Assembly: GCA_008369845.1 (NCBI GenBank)
Contig: MRSU01003038.1
Coordinates: 1 to 35,355 of the forward strand
Direction of reading: 5' to 3'
DNA: 35,355 bases
DNA from: Trichomonas gallinae
Lineage: Eukaryota
Shown here: positions 27,809-35,355 of the stretch, piece by piece
Layout of the letters: the number at the start of each line of letters is the position of its first letter
Numbering within the stretch: the stretch's first letter is position 1
The notes under the pieces: generated by a model
Databases searched by the model: none
What the model was told of the DNA's origin: nothing
Seen by the model: the letters and a program-made list of their open reading frames with translations, nothing else
Position numbers and translations under genes: made by a program

Positions 27809-30800
27809 ATGGAGGAAACGACGAAGATTAAGTTTATAGACTCATATAATATGGAAAGAGTTGAGTATGTTAAGGGCGAAACTCAGCAGAAAATGAGAAT
27901 GATGTCGAAATTTCAGGATGAAATCAAAAATCTTCAAGAAATGATCGAAATGAACAAACAAGTCATTGAAAAATTTCAAGATTACACCGAAAGAAATCCA
28001 ATTGTGCCTAAATCACCTGAAATAGATGAAGTTCCAAACACAGCTTCTGAAACAACAAGAAACTTCGTAAAAGAGTGTGATAACATGCTTGCAGCGAAAA
28101 CAGGTTTCATATACGAATCCCCTACAACAGAAACAATTCTTTACGCTCTTCAATCATACACAGATTTCGAATTATTCTTCAGGGACTATCCACTGGCCTA
28201 CATCACTCTTTTCGATGAGAATAAACCACAGATAGACTACAGATTAATCTTCGAAACTGTCGAAAAATGGGATATTAACAACCGAACTAATTTTATAAAT
28301 TCGTTTTTCAAAAATTTGAACTCAGCGGCATCTCTAGTTGCATTGCTACCATCTATTGTTGAGCATAACACAATCTCTGAGATGAGTGAATTTATTGAAA
28401 CAAAATTACCAGCGATGATCAATGTGAATAGAGCTGTTTTCATGCAGATAGAAGGTCACAATTTAATTTTAGAAAAACAAAGACTGAAATTCTCGCAAAA
28501 ATTATCAGGAGGATTAATTTCTCGTGCAATCAGCATGAATATGCCACTTGTTGCTACTAAAAATACAATAGATAATGGCACAGAAGATACCGAATTGATG
28601 AAATTGAACATAGCAATGCTTGTTCAGCCGATTGATACTCATCGCCAAATAGATAACGATCCTGTCATCAAAAACAGAGCAGGAGCACGTCGCAAAATGA
28701 GTACAATAGGTGATAAGCAAGTACTCGCAAGAGTTTTGCAATCGAGCAAAAATTTCTCAAAACCGCTTAAACTTGATAACCCCAGCGTTCTTCGTGATGT
28801 TGAGCTAACAGGCATGAAAGATGCTGCAGGAGCAGTTTTGCTTTTATTCGACTGCATCGGCGGTTTTCACAACATTGATTTGTTGACAGCAAAAACCGTC
28901 AGCAGATTCATAGGCGAATCAATTCCCCTGATAAATCTGCGCGCTAAATATCACTACTCGAAGAATGCTCTTCAGAATGCGCTGGATGTTTTAATCAAAC
29001 TGGCAGCAGTAAGTGACTTAAAGGAGCTGAAAACAAACCTTTGCGACGGCATCGCACAACAGTTCAAATGCGAAGCTGTGACTTGCTTCAAAGTGATGAG
29101 CAACGGCAAATTCTTTTCCATCGGCAACGAGAGCGAGACATTTCCAGCGAAATCAGGCTTAGTTGGCGAAGCAATCGCAACGAAAAGGTCGATGACATTA
29201 TCCAACCCAGAATTGTCAGTTTTGTTCAATCCATCAACAGACAGATCTAAAATGAGCATCCCTTCTCGATCCATTTTGATCAGCCAGATATTCAACGGGG
29301 AAGGAAATGTTGCTTATTCCATTGCTTTATACAACAAGATAAACTTCGATGAGTTCTCAAGCGACGATTTAATCACTTTGGAAATGTTATGCCACAATAT
29401 CAACAACATTTTCGAAAGCGTTGGAATAACACACGAACTCACTAAAAACGCTGAAGGATCCAAAAACGTTTTTAGTGTCTACGGAAAGATTTTCGATACA
29501 CTTGAATCAATACCAGATGTTGGCGATGTCATTGAATTATCGAAGTTTTTATCTCATCAGATTTCAGACTCCATCAACAGAAACGTAACATTTTACATAT
29601 ACGATGAAGCTTTGCAAACCCTAAAATGCACAGACACTTTATCAGGTTTCGAAGTCAGCATGGATGATACATACAGCTTAGTTGAAGCGTTCAAAAGACA
29701 AGAGCCGATGGAAGAATTGTCAAACGAAGAAATGGTCATGAGCCAAATATTCCCACTTGAAACAGGCTTGATTAAGGTGAAAGTCGATTCCCCTATATCC
29801 ATAATACAGTCCAAAATGTCAATGATTGGATGGAAGCCCGTCCCTCAAATGTCAACGAAATCAATGCTCGAAATCAAAATCGAAAAATTAACGAATGTTC
29901 AGCCACTAAAAATTCAGCCAATTCGTCCTAAGTCGTCTATTGCCAGGATTGTTGGTCCGTGGGCGAAAGTCTGCAGTCCACTGATTTCTTTGTCAGCAAT
30001 GTCATCGAAAAATATCCAGAACTTAATAACATTGGCGAATTTCTCGAAAGGCATGCCTGCAAATAATCAAACTGTTGAAATAATATTTAATGATTTCGTG
30101 AAAGACAGCGTTTTCTCATCATTTTCCGCTTTCGCCGCAAAGAATTCTGGCGCGTTGATAAGGGAGTTCATTTCTCCAATAGAATCATTCTACATCCCTC
30201 CTTCCAGGCCTTCTTTATTCGTGAGAGACAACAGGCTTGATTTCAGCTACAATGTTTTAGCATGCAAATTAGAAGACTTGATATCGGACACCCAAAGTTT
30301 GTTCCAGTCATTAGGCGTCTCTTTGTTTTTCAATGATACAGTTATGTCTCAGTTTTTCGATGTCATAAGATCGAAGCATTCACAGCACAAATTTAGGAAC
30401 TACAGATTATGTCTGGATCATTTGCAGTTCTGTGCTTGTATAATCAAAGGCATGGATGTCGAAAAACTCGACACTTTCTGCATCTTTTTGTATCTGATAT
30501 GTTTGTATTCCGACATTCAGCCTTCTACAGTTTTGTTCTACGCTGAATCACTCTGCGTCGATCCGCCTTTCAACTGCGATAGAGATTATATCTTCAACCA
30601 GTTCATCAAATTCGACAAAAGTGATACGTTCGATGTTTTGTTTGATGCTGATTTACCAACAATTATCTGCGCAATAAGTCGCTATTCTTATTTGGCAAGA
30701 AGCCCAGATGTAATGAAGAAGATGCTGGATTTGAGATTCGAAGAAGATAATGAATCCGACCCCGAAATCATCAAGTTTATAATTGAGTATGAAATGAGAT

Positions 30801-30910
30801 CTTTCGTAATTCCATGCTGCGGTGAATTTGCAAAGAGAAATATTAGAACTGACACTTTCAGAAAACTTATCACAACTAATGCATCATCAATTACTCATTC
30901 TGTATTTTAA
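27809..30910 (+). CDS. GAF-domain protein with degenerate C-terminal class I phosphodiesterase-like domain (about 1033 aa)
   Basis: N-terminal coiled coil, GAF signatures (GLVGEAIATK...FNPSTDR...RSIL...LYNK...FSSDD) and a C-terminal region echoing the PDE N-lobe. ATG 27767 lies inside a promoter motif in AT-rich DNA, so ATG 27809 (MEETTK) is preferred. Confidence 0.82.
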   Translation: MEETTKIKFIDSYNMERVEYVKGETQQKMRMMSKFQDEIKNLQEMIEMNKQVIEKFQDYTERNPIVPKSPEIDEVPNTASETTRNFVKECDNMLAAKTGFIYESPTTETILYALQSYTDFELFFRDYPLAYITLFDENKPQIDYRLIFETVEKWDINNRTNFINSFFKNLNSAASLVALLPSIVEHNTISEMSEFIETKLPAMINVNRAVFMQIEGHNLILEKQRLKFSQKLSGGLISRAISMNMPLVATKNTIDNGTEDTELMKLNIAMLVQPIDTHRQIDNDPVIKNRAGARRKMSTIGDKQVLARVLQSSKNFSKPLKLDNPSVLRDVELTGMKDAAGAVLLLFDCIGGFHNIDLLTAKTVSRFIGESIPLINLRAKYHYSKNALQNALDVLIKLAAVSDLKELKTNLCDGIAQQFKCEAVTCFKVMSNGKFFSIGNESETFPAKSGLVGEAIATKRSMTLSNPELSVLFNPSTDRSKMSIPSRSILISQIFNGEGNVAYSIALYNKINFDEFSSDDLITLEMLCHNINNIFESVGITHELTKNAEGSKNVFSVYGKIFDTLESIPDVGDVIELSKFLSHQISDSINRNVTFYIYDEALQTLKCTDTLSGFEVSMDDTYSLVEAFKRQEPMEELSNEEMVMSQIFPLETGLIKVKVDSPISIIQSKMSMIGWKPVPQMSTKSMLEIKIEKLTNVQPLKIQPIRPKSSIARIVGPWAKVCSPLISLSAMSSKNIQNLITLANFSKGMPANNQTVEIIFNDFVKDSVFSSFSAFAAKNSGALIREFISPIESFYIPPSRPSLFVRDNRLDFSYNVLACKLEDLISDTQSLFQSLGVSLFFNDTVMSQFFDVIRSKHSQHKFRNYRLCLDHLQFCACIIKGMDVEKLDTFCIFLYLICLYSDIQPSTVLFYAESLCVDPPFNCDRDYIFNQFIKFDKSDTFDVLFDADLPTIICAISRYSYLARSPDVMKKMLDLRFEEDNESDPEIIKFIIEYEMRSFVIPCCGEFAKRNIRTDTFRKLITTNASSITHSVF

Positions 30911-31442
30911 TTTTTATATATAAAATTTTTGTTTGTATTTTCTTACATGAACAACGTTCTTTTTCACTCAATAAACAATGAAGATAAATGATGGTTAATT
31001 ATGTCCTTGAGTATTGAGTTCTGAAACTAGTTTTGGCTGACATTTTGCCATGTAAATACGGCGAAATTTAACCAGATACATGACTCTCGAACATCGAAAT
31101 GATTTTGACGCACTTCACTCAAAATCTTCACTAACATGACATCTATGTTTGAAAGAGAGAATACAAATGCAGCATACTTCTTTGAGCAGTAAAGCGTCAC
31201 AAAAACTAATAAAATGTCTCTGTCACTTATGTTATTCGTGGCACACATTAAAATTTTCATTTTTCCCATGAATATCGTTGCGTAAGATGTAATGTTAATA
31301 GGCAGAAAGTGAAATTATGATTGTGTTCATTTATCTCCTGTAATGTGCATTCGAGTTATCATTATGTATGGAAGTATCAATAATATAATGAAATTTCGAT
31401 AATTAATCTTTATTATAACTGAAAACATAAAATATGATAGTA

Positions 31443-32816
31443 TTATGCAAACAATGACTCATAATCCATTGATAGAGTATCAATGTTATGGATCTGATCT
31501 GGTGTAGGATTTGGAGAGATAAAAGTTGCTGGGATCTTCGGAGGTGTTCGTGTGATATTCAACTCTTGGATTTCACCAACCATTTGGAATGATTTTGGAT
31601 CTTTAATTTCTTCAGGTTGCTCATCTGGAGAAATCATGCGAGGATCTTTAGACAACTTGTTTAAACGATCTATAAGCTTCTGAGAATTAGGGCAGTTAGA
31701 CTTGCCAGCTTCATATAATCTTTTCGCACTTTCGGCTTCGTTGATTTTTTCGAATATTAAGCCAAGGTTAAGCCATGCTTCGGCAATTTGTGGCTTTTGA
31801 TAAAGAGCACGTTGGAAAGCAACCATAGCATCTTGAATTTGTTCATTCTTGAAGTAAAGAACGCCAAGCTCGCACCAAAATACAGCGGAATCGCACCAGT
31901 CTACAATAATATCACAAAACCTCTTGTAAGCAGATTCCATATTAGAATTTTTCAATTCAATTCTTGCGAGAATGAATTTCAGGAGAGGATCATTCTGAAA
32001 CTCACTATGTGCTGCTATAAGCTGCTGAATTTCTTCCATTGAAGCTCGATCATCTTTAAATGACAAAATCCAGCAATATTGCTGTAAAACTTTGAGATTA
32101 TGTGGATATTTTTGAACAAACTTCTTGAATTCCTGTAATGCAGCATCATTTTTGGACTCAAGAAGGAGGGTGTAAGTTTTTTGGAAATTGATATCGTCTT
32201 GTGTGAGATTTTTTGGTGGGGATTTCAATACAGCATCGAATTCAGCGTAAGCTTCAGGAAATTGTCTTAATGCTCGGTAAATAAAAGCGAGCCTTAAATG
32301 ATAAACTCCAGCAACTTCTCCTTCTGAGTTCTTTAAAATATCTTTTGCAGTTATGAAATATTTTAATGCATCGTCGTAAAACTTAAAGTGCTGGTAAACG
32401 CATCCCAGATAGTACCAGAAGTATGGCTCATTAATTTGATTGTTAATTTGATTGTTAATTCTGAGGACATGCGAGAAAGCTGAATATGCATTTGCGTAGT
32501 CGCTGAGTAGTAAATAGCATTGACCGAGGGTAAACCAGCCTTGAACGTAATTTGTGTTCTTCTGAACTTCTTGGAGATTTTTATTGATAATATCGCAAAT
32601 CATTTGAGCTCCACTCTTCAGTTCTGGGTTAATAAAAACATCGTTGTTGTAAGGGTTGTATGATATTGTTTTGCGAATTGCATAATTGGAAACGCTTACA
32701 GCGTCGATTTCTTTGGCTGCCGTCGCGATGCTAGACCAGACATTCTCAAAGGCTTTGTTTGCCATGTTAATTGTCTGCGTCATGTCCGCAGTCACAGAGC
32801 TTATATCAGATGTCAT
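31443..32816 (-). CDS. TPR protein, Ssn6/Cyc8 (UTX-type TPR) corepressor-like
   Basis: WFTLGQCYLLLSDYANAYSAF, FWYYLGCVY, DINFQ, FWCELGVLYFKNEQIQDA..AF.RAL...P.IAEAWLNLG.IFE follow the Ssn6/Cyc8 TPR order. Inr-like TCATAT at 32821-32826 and TCACTT at 32847-32852. Confidence 0.87.
   Translation of the reverse strand: MTSDISSVTADMTQTINMANKAFENVWSSIATAAKEIDAVSVSNYAIRKTISYNPYNNDVFINPELKSGAQMICDIINKNLQEVQKNTNYVQGWFTLGQCYLLLSDYANAYSAFSHVLRINNQINNQINEPYFWYYLGCVYQHFKFYDDALKYFITAKDILKNSEGEVAGVYHLRLAFIYRALRQFPEAYAEFDAVLKSPPKNLTQDDINFQKTYTLLLESKNDAALQEFKKFVQKYPHNLKVLQQYCWILSFKDDRASMEEIQQLIAAHSEFQNDPLLKFILARIELKNSNMESAYKRFCDIIVDWCDSAVFWCELGVLYFKNEQIQDAMVAFQRALYQKPQIAEAWLNLGLIFEKINEAESAKRLYEAGKSNCPNSQKLIDRLNKLSKDPRMISPDEQPEEIKDPKSFQMVGEIQELNITRTPPKIPATFISPNPTPDQIHNIDTLSMDYESLFA
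32431..32460. repeat. In-frame 12-bp tandem repeat (TTAATTTGATTG x2.5)
   Basis: Directly visible. Encodes INNQINNQIN in the TPR protein. Confidence 0.9.
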
Positions 32817-33082
32817 CTAGATATGAAATAAAAATTGTTCTGGAAAAAGTGACTTAAATTTTTGTATTTAAGGTTAATAATTTCTGACATTTTTCAACTT
32901 TGTTGACTTTCGATTATGTTTATTTACAATCTAGCTTTATTTTAGACTTCAAAAATCATGTTTCTGATTTTACAGTTTTGTTATTTAGTTTATTTGTCAT
33001 TTTACTAGAAATTATTTTGTTATATTCATCATTATATTTTCACACTATTTTTGAGATTTAAAATTTTTCATTTATGACTTAA

Positions 33083-33228
33083 TTTACTTGACATAAAGTT
33101 GATTTCAAAACTTTATTTGTCATAAGAAAAATTTGACATTTTTTACTTGGCATAATATCATTTTCAAAATTTTACTTGTCATTTTGAGGATTTTTGACAT
33201 TATTTACTTGGCATATTATAATTTTCGA
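33083..33228. repeat. Degenerate tandem array, about 30-bp period (60-bp higher-order unit), core TTTAYTTGNCA x5
   Basis: Cores at 33083, 33112, 33142, 33171 and 33203. Segment 33112-33170 resembles 33171-33230. Confidence 0.75.
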
Positions 33229-33240
33229 AAAGTGTCACTA

Positions 33241-33588
33241 ATGTCGCAAGAAAACTTACGCAACTTTCATTATTCGAAGCAACAAGTTGATGATATTGTG
33301 AAACTTCTTAAGAAACTTCCAAATGAGCAACTACTATCATTAGAACCTCAAAAATCAGCGAATAATTCTGAAGTTTTATTTTTCCCTAAAGAAAATAAAC
33401 AAATTGTTCAAAATAATGACACAAAACCTGCCCCTGCAAAACCAGCGCCAACTAAACAAGAAATTATTCCACCAAATATCGAAATTAAACCAGCGAAGCC
33501 TGTAAACAACAATAAGCCAGCTGCAGAAAAGCCAGAAGCAAAGAAACAACAAGATCTTGACTCCTGGCTTAATAATTTACTTGGATAA
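33241..33588 (+). CDS. Small hypothetical protein (115 aa), Aven/CER16-like motifs
   Basis: ATG 33241 is preceded by Inr TCACT, while the track start is TTG inside the repeat array. P/K/A-rich linker and C-terminal DLDSWLNNLL. Confidence 0.72.
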   Translation: MSQENLRNFHYSKQQVDDIVKLLKKLPNEQLLSLEPQKSANNSEVLFFPKENKQIVQNNDTKPAPAKPAPTKQEIIPPNIEIKPAKPVNNNKPAAEKPEAKKQQDLDSWLNNLLG

Positions 33589-33695
33589 TTTTTTCAAAAA
33601 TTATTTGACTTGTAATATTGATATGTTTGGTATATATAATAAAAATATATGTTCTAACAATCTCTATTTTACTAACAAACAAACAAAAAAATCAA

Positions 33696-34874
33696 TTAAA
33701 TTCTTTGATATTTTCTTTCTTCGACTGGTTCACACATTCCAGACGTGAAAACAGCAAGAAATAACAAATTACCGAAGATAATGTATGCGTATATCCTTGC
33801 TTTTCGTCTTCCTCTAAAATTCGAAGGAGGAAACAAAATTCGCGGATCAATTCCTTCATCGTGGTCAAAAATTCTTGCTGGCTCTGCCAGTCCTGGCTCT
33901 TCGTCCGCAAATCTCAGATTTTTGTGTATTTTTCCGCATGGAGGCGGAAATCCTCTACTTATCAAATCAATTGAGAAATTCAAGTAGTCAAATGCTTCGT
34001 GAGCTATATACGACCAAGCGCGCGAATAAGGGCCTGCATCCTTCTTCCATGGTTTGATTGTTGATGGAAAATGGAAAGAAATTACACGTGGATCTGGATC
34101 TTCTGTATTATTCAATCCTAGCATGGAAGCAACATTACCAGGTACTTCTAGTTGATACCATTGAGGCATTGTAGTAATATTTCCGTCGAAATATTGAGTT
34201 ATTAGTCCTTGATCGTGTGGACCAGTCCACGAAGCTCCCTGGAGCTGTAGCTTATGTCCATATTCATCAGGGTCTTTAGCCCAGTCTCTTGCCAAGCTCT
34301 TAAGGTCCGAATACACTTTTAAAGAAGGTTCTAGAAGCAAAAAATCGCCGTTCGTTACAGGGCCGAGATGCGACATTCCGTAGACGTAGTGGTCGATTAT
34401 GGAGCAAGGAGGAGGGTATTCGAAGATTGACGATGGATCCCTTCGAAAAACTACATCAGTTCCTGTCCATAATAATTTTTCCCAGCCAACGACGCTCCAA
34501 ACGTTGAGTTTGAACCAGAGGTACATGTCTCTGGCGTGTGTATCGATGTATCCATCTGGCCATTGTATGTAAGGACGATATAATATATGAGTCCAAATTT
34601 TTTTCAAGAGATTCATCCTGTATTCCGGTATTTTCATGCCTGTTGGTATAAGTAAAACGCGGTCGAAGTTTGGGCTTGTCCTATTTAGCGAATATCCGCA
34701 TGTTATTGCAAGAATAAAGAAATGTCCAGCGTCATCATCGCCAGTATAACCCGAAACGTACGCGTAACGTGTTTTCGCTGGCGGATCTTTGAAGTAATAG
34801 AAAGAATTCGGATGCTTGTTCATTTCTTCACTTATCGCATAAGAGAAGAAAAGAAACATAATGAACTGAAACAT
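33696..34874 (-). CDS. Glycosyltransferase family 8 (glycogenin/PGSIP-like), signal peptide plus C-terminal TM
   Basis: YAYVS, YSL..T...DRVLL, FKLNVW....WEK, NGDFLLLEPS, DQGLI..YF and HF....KPW. TM IYAYIIFGNLLFLAVF. Inr TCACTT at 34892-34897. Confidence 0.88.
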   Translation of the reverse strand: MFQFIMFLFFSYAISEEMNKHPNSFYYFKDPPAKTRYAYVSGYTGDDDAGHFFILAITCGYSLNRTSPNFDRVLLIPTGMKIPEYRMNLLKKIWTHILYRPYIQWPDGYIDTHARDMYLWFKLNVWSVVGWEKLLWTGTDVVFRRDPSSIFEYPPPCSIIDHYVYGMSHLGPVTNGDFLLLEPSLKVYSDLKSLARDWAKDPDEYGHKLQLQGASWTGPHDQGLITQYFDGNITTMPQWYQLEVPGNVASMLGLNNTEDPDPRVISFHFPSTIKPWKKDAGPYSRAWSYIAHEAFDYLNFSIDLISRGFPPPCGKIHKNLRFADEEPGLAEPARIFDHDEGIDPRILFPPSNFRGRRKARIYAYIIFGNLLFLAVFTSGMCEPVEERKYQRI

Positions 34875-34992
34875 TGATAATTACATTATATAAGTGATTG
34901 TAATTGTATTTGCTCGCTATGATTTAAAACAAACACTTTTTTGAAATCAATAACAAATATTTTAATGAAACCTTTATTATATGTTGTGTCAT

Positions 34993-35142
34993 TTATAAAC
35001 ACTGTATTGGTTTCACTTTTTGCTAATATATTTTCGGTCGAAAACGTCTAGAAAAGGCGATTTTTAAAAAATCGAGTTTCGTAGAATTTTGACCCGTAAA
35101 TTATAGAAAATGATACTGGATATGTCAATCTGACATGTAAAT
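34993..35142 (+). repeat. Dispersed intergenic repeat, copy 2
   Basis: Shares TTATAAACA, GTTTCACTTTTTGC, AAAACGTCTAGAAA and TCTGACATGTAAAT in the same order as 18807-18915. Confidence 0.7.
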
Positions 35143-35355
35143 TATATTGTATATGTCAATAATCATAAATTTTGATCATCATTTAAAACTAGTCATGGTT
35201 GTTGACTAAATCAAATTTTGAATCATATCATTCATTGGACTTTAATCCTATTGTCTCCGGTAGCCGGCTAACCCTCTCGAATTTCGGCAATCGGCCAAAA
35301 TGGCTAAGGTCCAAAAAGCGAATAACGATACCTGTCCATTATTCGTATTTCAATT

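Noticed and set aside
31027..31269. 80-aa minus-strand ORF
   Set aside because: No motifs and no supporting codon bias. It cannot be supported, although a relic is not excluded.
33083..33213. CRISPR-like periodicity
   Set aside because: Cores are only 11 bp and degenerate, the spacers are related to each other, there are no cas genes, and the context is eukaryotic.
33671..33684. ACTAAC branch-point-like hexamer (also near 31130)
   Set aside because: Lacks the trichomonad ACTAACACACAG 3' intron motif and is intergenic. The ORFs are uninterrupted, so there is no evidence for introns.
315..34057. Numerous short antisense or alternative-frame ORFs nested in the long genes
   Set aside because: Shadow ORFs produced by codon bias. 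They have no recognisable motifs, and many start with TTG/GTG.

Overview
Eukaryotic, gene-dense, apparently intronless DNA with AT-rich intergenic spacers. It is most likely from a trichomonad (Trichomonas vaginalis-like). This is an inference from Inr-like TCA(C/T)W elements just upstream of ATGs, codon style and typical gene families. Eleven supported CDS: a Bacteroidetes-like GH20 beta-hexosaminidase, a large coiled-coil protein, a DNAH6-like axonemal dynein heavy chain, a FANCJ/RTEL1-like Fe-S helicase, a DCX/Ubl-like plus degenerate P-loop protein, an SDF2-like MIR protein, a Pmp-like surface protein, a GAF plus degenerate PDE protein, an Ssn6/Cyc8-like TPR protein, a small Aven/CER16-like protein and a GT8 glycosyltransferase. 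There is also one truncated glycine-rich gene relic. Several ORF-track starts (TTG/GTG or within promoter DNA) were moved to the likely ATG. Most notable: (1) a recurrent intergenic 11-mer TGNCAWGTAAA in phased clusters at promoters, partly tied to a dispersed repeat; (2) a full-length dynein whose AAA1 hydrolytic motifs look dead while the microtubule-binding domain is intact; (3) several other apparent pseudoenzymes. No CRISPR, RNA gene or intact transposon was seen. All homology calls come from recalled motifs, not database searches.
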